From Strigamia acuminata (taxonomy: Eukaryota): a stretch of 64,000 bases of DNA. The DNA lies in contig OX442314.1 in assembly GCA_949358305.1 (NCBI GenBank), forward strand, positions 17,980,001-18,044,000, written 5' to 3'. Both the position numbers and the translations under genes were made by a program. The notes below the pieces were generated by a model, which was given only the letters and a program-made list of their open reading frames with translations, was not told the DNA's origin and did no database searches. Of the stretch, positions 21,824-32,851 are shown piece by piece. The stretch's first letter is position 1, and each line of letters begins with the position of its first letter.

Positions 21824-24800
21824 AATATTTAGAAACTGTTGTGTTGACACTTGTTCACACTTGTTCTCCCCTTAAATCTTCTTCCATCATTATTAAAACA
21901 CAAACAAGCCTATGCCAATGTTATGTCAATATGGGATGTTGAATCTCCTAACACGATCAAAAGAAGCAAATTAACTAAAGAAAACTTTACTTTGCCAATC
22001 CCTGTTTTAAATGGTCAACCTTAAAATTTTCACCTTTCCAGGCATGTACAACACAATTTATTTAATTTATTTTTAATTATCACTTTAAAACTCCCATTGT
22101 TTTCAACTACAAGTTCAGCCTCCACTCCCATTTTACTTCAAGCTGCACCGTTAACAACACCCGCGTACAGCTTGTTTGAATGTTCGACAAGAAAAAAGCT
22201 TTTTTTCAGAATTTAAATTGAAAAAAAAAAAAATTTAAACTCAATATACACCTTTATGCAACTTGAAATCGCTCATTTTCATGCAAATTAGCCGTATTAA
22301 CAAACCAAACGTCGGATATAGAAAAAAGTTGTGCCGTTTTATTAAAAGTGGTATAAAAAGTCAGCCATTCTGTTGTAACAAGAGCTCCCAGTACTACAGC
22401 TGCAACCATCACCGCAATCTTGACGACAATTTCAAGCTGCATAATCCATCTTGCGCACATAAAAACACCTGCTAAAATGAATTTGTTACTCATTAAAAAT
22501 TAGTCTTACTGCCTATTATTTTTCAGGATAAATTTCTTATTTGCTGTGCTAGTGTCAGTGAAAAAAGGAGTGCAAAGTTTAAAAATTCCGGACGGAGGTT
22601 CATTCGAGAAGCCATTCACAGTATCGTAATTTCTAAACGTAAAATTCAAGGTAGTTTCTCACGGGTCGGGGTGTTGCCAGGGTTTTTAATGCCTGGCCTT
22701 TTTAATTTTAGCGTTGTTGTAGGTATTCTCCATGCTTCCATTTTTATTTATTTTTTATTTTTTAGATTGTTTTAATTCACCGTTTCTCACTACTCATGCA
22801 TCCCACTTCAATATTAAGTAGTTGCTCAATATTCCTATTCCATTCCATTCTATTATTTAATTTTATTTGCTTATCCAAATAAATATCATTAACTTTGGAG
22901 AGCGCACATTGTGACAAATCGTTGTGGCGATTTCAAAATAGCATCACCGTTCGATTATTACCCGAAAGAGCGAGCTGGTCGATACACCGAATGGCCCACA
23001 TGCTGTGCCATACCAATTACTTAAATGTGAAAACAAGAAAAAAAACAAGAGGAAATTTCAGTCCAAAGTCAAACCCAAACATATCAAAAAGTAAAGCCTC
23101 AATAGAGTATTCTCATTGAATTTACCATTGGATTCACTAAAGCGAAATGTCGTATTTCATCAAATAGAGCACAACCTTCGTAATAAAACACAAAATTTTC
23201 ACATTTTAAAAACATTTAGGATGCAGCTTTTCCAAATTACAACCCTTGATATTTTGGGGCCTCTTCATTTCGTCGACGATCATTTTTCAAAGTCTGGTGC
23301 AATATAAAATTAGGTTCGCAGGGGGTTAGAGAAAAAGAAAGAAAAACCCTCAGCTCGGCAACTATTATTTATATAGTTCGTGTACTTTCTTTTACTCGAC
23401 TCGACCTATTCATATCGTTTTATTTGTTTCTAACAACAAATTCTTTCAAACCAACAAAGGATAATTGCAATATTAGTTAAACATGTCCGTTTAAAGGAAT
23501 GTGTAACCGACAGTTCATTCCACGCGTTTCCATAGTGAAATTCATTCTCCCTTGGCTCATTTAAGCTGTAATCAACGGTAATAATAACGCTTACAGTACA
23601 ATACTAATGCAATCATTTCAATCCAATCCAAGCATTCCAACCGTTCCCTGATGGTAATGACATGACTTATTCCGTCAAAAGACGTAAATGAAATTCCCTC
23701 AGTTAAATTAGCTGTGTTTGAAAACAGAATCATTTTCGTTTCTTATAATAATATTTAATTATATTGAGCAAATAAAACGTGAGAAATGCGACATCTTTTA
23801 TTTCCCGAAAAACTTCAGAAAGATTCTTCGCCCCTCGCTAATGACGGGACCTCAAACGCCCAAGGTCTGCACGTGTATGCGCAAATCCGCACCTGCTATT
23901 CAGCAGTAATTTTCGCGTCTTTAGGTTTGAAGTACACAAAGGAGCAAATCGAAAGACTGACCAGATTCTAATTGGGTCAAACATGTTCAATAGCCAATGC
24001 TTAGTGATTTAAAAGAAAAAAAATCCCATCAAATCAACCGATACAAGCCAAGGCCTATTTTCTGCCTCTTAAATTGATCCAACTGATAACACCCTTATTT
24101 GCAATCTGTGGGACGACATAAGGACCTGTTTGATTGCAATTTAAGTGTTGCGTATATTTTATTTTAGTACTTTTAAAGTGTAGTATAAATAAATTACTGA
24201 CTTGATAATTCAGTTTTGTTTTTATTCTCGACGATAATTGAAAGGACTCTGCACTGCCCACTTTTTTGCTAATTGCTGCGAATATTTTGTTTATTTAGTC
24301 ATCAAAAGTCGTTAAACAAGAGTAAAAGTCGTTAAACAAGAGTAAAACAATTAGACAAATGCATATCACTTGTTTTACGTTTTATAAGCTAATAGCCATT
24401 TGCTCTCATGTAAAACTAATTACGCTCGTTTATGTATATGTTTCATGTGTAAAACCAGTTATCTTTCAACCAAAGTGCTAAATATTGATTCGACTAACAC
24501 ACAGCCATGTAATATGATAACAGTGTAATCAATGGTCGATTATATTATATGTCAAAGTACTATAGTATGTCCAAAAGATGTCCCTTCAATGTGTTAACCT
24601 TCACAAATATCCATCAAATTTCTCTTGAGCTTAGGCATGCGATATGGGCGAAATTGAAAAAAAATAATCAATGATTGACCGCTGACTAACCTCAATGATG
24701 TTAGAAACGATACAAACTTTGTGTTTGTGTCTGGATGCATTATCAAAAAATATAAATAGATTTAATTAGATAAAGGTAATTAATTTAATTAATTTTTCGG

Positions 24801-27182
24801 TTCGTTTGTGACAGCAAATAACCACACAACTGCAATCTCATTGCGATACGTATGTGATCGCACAATACATGAGTAAACAATCAAATTCAATCCAAAATTT
24901 AAGAGAATTATTATTTATTCACGACCAGCCCAATGGCTAATTCGGCCACATCATTAAATCGATAAAAAAAATCGATACTAGAAACTTTTAACTTTTTCTT
25001 CTGTCGTATTTCCAACAATAAAAATTCAAACGAAGAACGATACAAACTTAACATGAAGACAAAGACTTATTTAACGCGACTACATACATTTATAACCACG
25101 GAACAGAAGCCAACTTGAAATTACATTAAGCGCTCGACATCATTAAGAAATTCAAGATAAACTAGAGAAGCGCACATATTTCCACACTTTTCACATCATA
25201 TTCGGTTTAATTACCTTCATTATCACTTTTGTCATTAATTTAACCTGTTTCTGTCCTAACGACCACATAAACTATACTAACACCCATTTTACCGTGAATG
25301 CAATTGTTGAAACTAACCAAAGAATAAATTTAAATTCGACGAGATAACTCCTAATTTATAGTTTTATACTTGTATAAGCAATTACATAATGTGAAGAACT
25401 TAATTTTGCATAATTGCCCATACTTTCGCTTGTTAATTAAAATGGACAAAGTTCAAGATTAAGTAAATTGAAATCTCGCACAAAATTAACAATTTACAAA
25501 CGAGATTTTTAAAATTAGTTTTCATTTAGAATCTCCTTGCCAATTGTTATAATGACGACTATAACACGAGTGCAAATTTCAGGGAATGACTAGCAAAAGA
25601 CACCGCCAATCTCTTTAGCGTTTATAGTGAAAAAAAAAGAAAAAATATATTTTTTTTTATTTTCTTTCCCTTTCACACGAACAAAAAAAACCGCTTGAAA
25701 TGTAAATAATGAAAGAATTTCTCTTGTTATTAAATTGTCAAATTCCTAATGATAAAAAAAAAAGAATAATGCTAGCGGTAGTTTGTGTTCTTGGATTGCT
25801 TTAATCTGAAATAAGCTGACCCTACTCTCATTTATTACTACATGGGTCCATACTCCACCTTTTGTAGTAGTATTGTACGTGCGAAGATACTTAATGAGCA
25901 ATCGCCATTCAAGATGCCCATTCGTTCCTAATTTTGTCCAAAAATGGATTTACTTCAAGCTTTAAAAAAAATTCATCCAAATCACCTTCGAAGTTAATAT
26001 TCAAAAGCGTATAAAAACTTAATGATCAAACAACGGAGTCCTTATTCCTTTGGTACATATTATCCTTTAATTCGATACGTAGTTTGTCTTTGTTTCCGTC
26101 AGTTAAAGCGTTTCAAAAGTAGAACATATACACTACCAATTCGTAACGAGTGTAAAATTAAATTATTTGGATATTCACGCGTATCAATTAAAATTAATTA
26201 ATTAATTTAATAACAATTAAATTTTCAAATTGAATTTAAAATCATGATAAGTTTATTTTTATTGAATATGAATTCTGTCCAGTCAACTGCAAAAAAAACA
26301 TAAATAAACTAAAAATTTATTCTCTTCTAGAATCATCTAGTCACTATGACCACTGAATTGAAACGATTAGACTAAAATCGAACTACAAACTACAAATTAT
26401 GTCGAGCAAGCTTTTCCCATTAACAGCTCAGCGTAAATCAAGGGGGGAAAGTTCCAAGGGGTTAAAAATAGGTAAACAACATAAGAGCATTCAACATACG
26501 TAGTAGAAGAAAATTGGAAACTTTGTCCTGAATTTCAATACTCTAAAGACTCAATCGAACCGTTCATCCCTGACATAAGCAGGATAATTCCCACCTATCG
26601 AAAATCGAAACTTCAAGAAAAAAAAAGATCACCAAACGCGAGCATTAACTCAAAAAAATCATAAAAAGCTTCAATTCCCACGACCAAAAACGATGAAAGT
26701 GAAAGCCTCGAAAAATCCAATGAAAGCTTACTTTCTAAGAACCAAGATTTTCTCCAAAAACCCACTTTAAAATTGCATATTCATAATAATCTTAACAGAA
26801 CAATGAAAAAAAAAATCCATTATAATTTTTTTTTTAACAAAACAAATCACTGCCAAAACATTTCAATAACACCAACACTCAATTTACGCACATGACTAGC
26901 ATGCAAATTACTTCGCAGCATGTCTGCAACAGACACACGGACCACTTCTCTCATTTTCGCGCCCATTTTCGATCCAAAAAGTCATAAAGCCACAGCCGCG
27001 CCTTTCCCCAGATTTCCCTTTTGGCCGGCAATAATGCAATAAAAGCAAACCACACACACAAACATGCAAACACGGCTATTGTTTACATCGATGTGAAGCG
27101 TAATTTCCTCCTACGCCTGTCAGTGGGAGGGTTTCCTGTTGCTTCGCACCGATGTAAATCGCAAAGCAGCCGTTAGACCTAC

Positions 27183-27257
27183 CTGAAGAGCTCCTTGAGT
27201 CAAGTGCGAGAAGACGATGGCCAGCAACAACATCTTCAAACACGCGCGGCCTTGCAT
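27183..27257 (-). CDS. Nplp1: NPLP1 coding exon 1 (signal peptide MQGRACLKMLLLAIVFSHLTQGALQ)
   Basis: ATG at 27257, then 25 codons with a basic N-region and hydrophobic core, ending CAG|GTAGGT. The phase-0 donor matches the phase-0 acceptor at 12514. The implied intron is 12515-27182. Confidence 0.8.
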
Positions 27258-27359
27258 GTTTCAGAGGATAATTGCGTCAATTTGACTACGAGCATAAATA
27301 ACCAAAAAGAAAAAGGAAATGTACAACCAGTCCTGTGCATCAACCAAAACTTAGTGCAC

Positions 27360-27606
27360 GCACTGTCAAAAGCGAGGCTGCTCGTGCCAGTTATATAAAC
27401 GCTCTTTCCCTCCTTCCCGCCTTGCTCTCTTGGATCGTTCAATTCGCAGAAACGACCCTGCTCCATTGGCAGCAGCTGTGACGCGTCGGCCGATGCTATT
27501 GGTGAATTTTACCGCTCGATACGAGCTGACGTTTGCGTTCTCGCACAACTTTTCTTAGGAAAAGTGGCCAAATCTGGCGTGTACTCAAATAACCCTCGTG
27601 ACGTCA
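27360..27606 (-). promoter_or_regulatory. Candidate NPLP1 promoter: TATA box, CCAAT boxes, E-box, CRE
   Basis: Minus-strand TATATAA at ~27391-27397 lies about 30 bp upstream of an Inr-like ACAGT at ~27362-27366. CCAAT at ~27465-27469 and ~27498-27502, CAGCTG at 27473-27478, perfect TGACGTCA at 27599-27606, and TGACG half sites at ~27479 and ~27527. Confidence 0.55.
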
Positions 27607-28464
27607 AATGTCACAATGCGTAGGCGAAATATTTCAAGAATAAAATTCCCATTTCGTGTCGTCAAAAGCATCGGACCAAGTGTGGCGTGATAAGTACGGC
27701 GCGTTAGTACATTACTAAATCAGCTGATGAAACCATACTACTCATATTTTATGAGTACTTTCGGAAGATGAGTGCCCTTAAAGACCTGGATTCATTTCAT
27801 ATAGACTTTCTTTTTCCCAGGCAGTTATTTTAATTAAACTGTCACAGATTTTGTCATCATGTAGTAAAAAGTCATTTTATTTTTTGTTTTTTTAATTAAA
27901 TTGCATTCATTTAATCAAAAAATTCCAAACATCACACACCATATAGCTAATGAATTGAGAAAGAAAACATTCCCTTAACCCCTATTCAATTCGCTTCACT
28001 ACACTTTAATTGATGAAGACATTTTTTCAACTAAAAATCATCGAAGATTTAATTTGGCACTAATTAGGAGTAAAGTTGAAAAGCTCTAAAAATAAAGTTA
28101 ATCGCAAATTCATTTCACACGTATTTATTGTAATAAAAGTAAAACAATTTTTCAAAATTAAACACAATCTATTGCGAGTTAACATTCACCTTTTTCACAA
28201 TCGTTATGCGACACTGTTAAAGTAGAGAAATAGATTGCAAAAAACCATCAAATTTCAACAACTTAATTTGAACACACTTCGATTCTAAGATGTACTTTTT
28301 TCCCCACACAAAAACATCTCTAAAAACGTTAATTACCTCATAATCGACGCGTGTTAGAATACACAACGCACTTTTTTCCCCTATAAACATCTTTAAAAAC
28401 GGAATGCGTCTTTTACAATTGATGGCGTCTTAGAAACGAAGAAATACGGTAATTTGACCAAAAA

Positions 28465-28832
28465 CAGTAGAACCTCAATTATGAGGACACTGGTTATACG
28501 AACGTTCGATTATCCGAACAGCAGTAGGCGATTTTTTATCGATTTTTTATCGATTTTTTATCGATTTTTTACTGGTTTTTATCAGTTTTTTACTTTTTTT
28601 TTTTTTTTTTTTTTTTTACGATTTTCACCTATTTTTAATCGGTTTTTAATGTTTTTTGACAATTTTTATCCATTTTTGATCAGTTTTAATGCTTTTTAAC
28701 AATATTTTAATAACTTTTATTTTCGTATGCAGTACAGTATTTGTATAAACCTAATGTTTGATTATCTGAACAATGCGATTTTATGAAAACACATGTCTCC
28801 CAATTAGTTCGGATAATCAAGGTTCTATACTG
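28465..28832. mobile_element. pogo/Tigger-like MITE with T-rich interior
   Basis: CAGTAGAACCTCAATTAT ... ATAATCAAGGTTCTATACTG|TA imperfect TIRs, with repeated ttatccgaac subterminal motifs. Confidence 0.65.
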
Positions 28833-28847
28833 TACACAATTATATAT

Positions 28848-29167
28848 CCTGTTCAACTTCATCGAATCCCGTTTCATCGAATCCTTAATTCTTTAATTTC
28901 GGGAAGATAGAAGGTTGTTTCATCGAATTCAAAAAGTTGGTCGGTACGTTTCATCTAATTTGTTGACTGTTGTCGGGGATGTTATTCACATGGCTACGTG
29001 GTTAGGTCAGGTCAGGTAAGGTCAAGTCAGGTTTTTGGCTTTTCTGTTTGTGTATTTCGATTTTTCTTTAATGTACCGTTTCATCGATTTTTTTGTAATT
29101 AATGGTACGTTTTATTGAAAAAAAAGCAATTCGATGAAACAAGATTCGATGAAGTGACCAGACTTCG
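28848..29167. mobile_element. MITE with TTCATCGAAT subterminal repeats (Mutator-like)
   Basis: Left ACTTCATCGAATCCCGTTTCATCGAAT is the inverse of right ATTCGATGAAACAAGATTCGATGAAGT. The centre holds a ggttaggtcaggtcagg tract. Exact ends and superfamily are uncertain. Confidence 0.6.
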
Positions 29168-29172
29168 TAGAA

Positions 29173-29586
29173 CAGTGCTCCGCAAAGTGGGATATGCGGA
29201 CTGGTGCCAGTTCGCTATACTCTTTCCGCACTCACGAAGAGCCCTGGAAGCTGGGCTCCCATTGGCCTAGTCTGATTACTCAGAACTGTATATAGTTATA
29301 GTTGAAGTACTACTACAAGGAAAAGTAGTTCCCTATAATGCATTTCTGGTGTTTTGGGTCTTTTTTTAGGTATCACTACACAAGTGATATGGCTTGGCCA
29401 ATGGGAGCCCAGCTTCCAGGGCTCTTCTTGAGTGCGGAAAGAGTATAGCTAGAGGCTGCCAGTCCACTTTACTGGTAAAACGCAAAAATAGTACGTAAGC
29501 TTAGTACAGCAATGCTAGATTACTGGTCCTTAACACAATGGCACAAAAATATCGGTTCGCTGCAATACATAGTCTGGGAAGCACTG
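29173..29586. mobile_element. hAT (Charlie-like) non-autonomous element
   Basis: CAGTGCTCCGCAAA ... TCTGGGAAGCACTG ends. The 8-bp flanks tcGTAGAA / ctGTAGAA resemble a decayed TSD. Confidence 0.6.
29214..29449. mobile_element. Young MITE with ~55-bp near-perfect TIRs nested in the hAT-like element
   Basis: GCTATACTCTTTCCGCACTCACGAAGAGCCCTGGAAGCTGGGCTCCCATTGGCC ... GGCCAATGGGAGCCCAGCTTCCAGGGCTCTTCTTGAGTGCGGAAAGAGTATAGC, with one mismatch. Confidence 0.85.
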
Positions 29587-32500
29587 CTGTAGAAATATAT
29601 ATTTAACATTTTTATCTAATAAAATCCATCGGCGACCGGTTGACATTTGTAAATTATTGGTTCACATTTTTCTTTCATACTTTGGACGTCAAGTTTGACC
29701 CTTTTAATACAAGTGACAAATCCATATCTTTCTCGCCAGTTGGCCCTTAGAGCAGCAGAATACTCTTTAATCGATTAATAACAAACGTGACTTGTCAAAT
29801 TGATGATTTACAAATTATACAAGGGCAACCAATAAATTAGAATAAAACATTACCGCTAGTTTTTTTAAAGTACGTATAACAAAAAGGATACTGGAGTGGT
29901 TTTTTTTTATTTTTACAAATTTTTAACTCCAACAGTTTTTGTTCGGCTTTGAGTATTTGTTTTTCTTTAAAAACAATAACAATCTTACAAGAGACTCAAA
30001 TTAATTTTCTTCGTACAAGCCTACTTTATTATTAAACTTTCACTGTCAGATAAAAAAAAGTGACAAGCTTGGCAAGTTTAATCAGACGTAATAAATCACT
30101 TTTTTGTTGTATTTATTTTTATTTATCTTTCCTTTCTTTATTTTTTGAAAAGAGGTTTATCGTTAAGTAAATGCAGTTAACAATTTTCAATCTCGTAAGT
30201 TTCTTTTTAAAATGTGCAATTTTTTAAACCGAACATTCAATTAGATTGGGGTCGATTCACTGACTAGAAAGGAAGAGGGGATTTACTTAACTCTCGATCG
30301 AGATAAGAGATTGTTCTTATCTTGAATCACTAAATTCTCACTGAGACGCCTCTGGTTTTTATCCCAACTCAAACTCAAGAAACAACATGGCTCTCACTTA
30401 CCACAGATATTAACAAAATCGAATTTAAAGAAAACATAAATTTTCAGCTAGGTTGACGCTTGGACGAAGGTTGACGGTGTTCGCACTGCAGTTGCAGTAA
30501 GAAAGTAACGCAAGAACAAGATGCATTGTGGGAGATATGTAAGGAAGTAACGAAGCAGCAGTAAACAACCTGCAGCATACTGCCAACCAATCACAATCAT
30601 GCTGTCACATGATTAATTAACATCGCATAACCAATGTGAGATTACCAAAATAGATGGATAAAAATTTCTAATTTTATACAATACAAGTGCTGCAAATTAC
30701 AAAGACATTCGGGTTAATGATAATGTTTGACTGCTAATAAGCAACATAACAAACTAATCGAGTAAATAAATCCCATAACTGTTACTTCCGTACTATAACT
30801 GCAAAGTGAATGAAGTATGAACTATACCTTTAATGTGTTTAAGTCATATAATAGTACACTTCAATTTTTGGAGATAAATTTCTCCAAACAACCAATAAAT
30901 TAACAAAATTAGGAGAAAAACGAACGTGGTGGTGTCTTGGTGGTGTCAGATAAACCAACAAAACCTAGGACTTAGGCCACTTATTGGGAAAATGGATATA
31001 ATGATATTTGTTACACCCAGAGGAAGCAATAAAAATAGTCTTTCTCCAAGGCTCGCTTATTAGTACCAGAAACGATAATATTTAAAGAAGGGCTGATAAA
31101 GCTTCAGTGAATCTGGCAATTAATAATCAAAAAAATATTTCACCAGTGTAACCCTGGCCTGGTTCATAAAGAAATTCCTTAAACAGTGTGACAGAACTTT
31201 CAAGAGCTACCAGATAAGACAAGTGACTATCACAGCGTAAAACTAGAAAGGAAAAGCATCTTTGCACGATCACTTTTGTTCTGAAACAATAACTTCGTTT
31301 ATTTTTATATATGTGAATAAGTTCTAATCAAATAGAAAGCAAAGCTATTTATTTTTCTATTACCGTATTGTGCATTAATTCTCTTCGTTAAATTGAAATT
31401 TTCTTCGAGAACTTTCTTCTTCGAACTAACACCATAGAAACAGCCTTATTTATCTGTGTAGCAACCAATTTGAAGCACTAACACGAGTAAATCGTAGCAA
31501 CAACTTTTAACCTGGCATGTTATTCTTGTATCAAATTACTGGAATAAGGAGACATGTAAAATAACGGCTTTAAAAAAATCCGACAGGTTGAAATTCCTTT
31601 ACACGTTACTTGTATTAAAGAGCGCGATTAGCGCTGCTAAATTCCTTTGGAAAATAAATAATAACGTTAAATAAGAAAATCTTAAACTTTCAACAATGAA
31701 TAATAACGGATATAGAATATTACTGATGAGCAATCTGGAGATCTGCGGTGCTATTTCCCCGAAATTTCCAGTTTCGCATTTTTCCCGGTTGTTTGTGTTT
31801 TTCAGTCACAATAACGACCAGTATTAAAAAGAGCCATTTTTGTTTTCCCCTATTGTCTGTCTAATCTTAATTCACTCATTTCAAGAACTATTTCATTACC
31901 GCTAAGTGATTCCATTAAGCAAATGCAATACTTCTTTCTCAGAATTAAAACAATTCATATCCAACACAATATCTGTCGTAAATTTGAGTTACAAGTGCGG
32001 AAAAAAAACTTAATTTTTGGTTTTTGTGAAACAAAAATTTTTGTATTTTTGGTATGAATATAGGAACTAATACTCACGGTTCATGAAGACTAGATTTCAT
32101 CGCACTAGGCTTGTCAAAGTTACCTACGTATCATCCATTTCACTTAATTCTTGGAGTCAATGGTTAATTTTACACCTACAAAAATAAAAATAAAAATAAA
32201 AATAAAAATCTATAAAATAGATTTAAGCCTAAATTTAAACTTAAAAGAACAATGTACGATCGGATCCGTCGGTCCGTGGTTAAAATGTTTCTTTGTTCAA
32301 CAGGTTAGAAATACTCAATATGGTGTCTTCGGAGTCGAGATATGTTGGTGCCCTGGTTTCCCAAAACATGCTTTAGGTTTTGCAAGATTCCCTTATTCCC
32401 AAGTTGTGTCAAATTCCAACAGTTGAGAAGAAATTACATTTTTTGGGCAATCGCAACTACAAAGACGTTGCACATTTTGGTTGTTTATTTTTCCCCACGC

Positions 32501-32851
32501 AAAAAAAAGTTATCGTAAATTAAAACTTTATCAAGTTTGAGATAACGTTTCATACAATATTCATATGCTATTTATACCTTCACCTTCACCTAACAGATTT
32601 ATTATTCAACGACGTGTCACCACAGGCATGACAGAATAAAAGCGTAGGCGTCATCACTCGTCCACCTTTTCGTCCTTTGTCAACAAAAACGACTTCTGAT
32701 GTGAAGAAGTCGCACTAAATCAAAACATTCGTCTTAAAGCGCTTTAAAGCCGGAAACAACGATAGCGCCTTCTCTTACCCGTAGGTGGAGCCACCGCTCA
32801 CATGTTATTGCGCTTCATCATCAAATTGAGAAAGAAAACCTATCGCCGAGG

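Noticed and set aside
32590..32778. Box C/D snoRNA (GTGATGA on the minus strand) in a candidate intron
   Set aside because: No convincing CTGA box D or terminal stem, and I could not recognise an rRNA complement.
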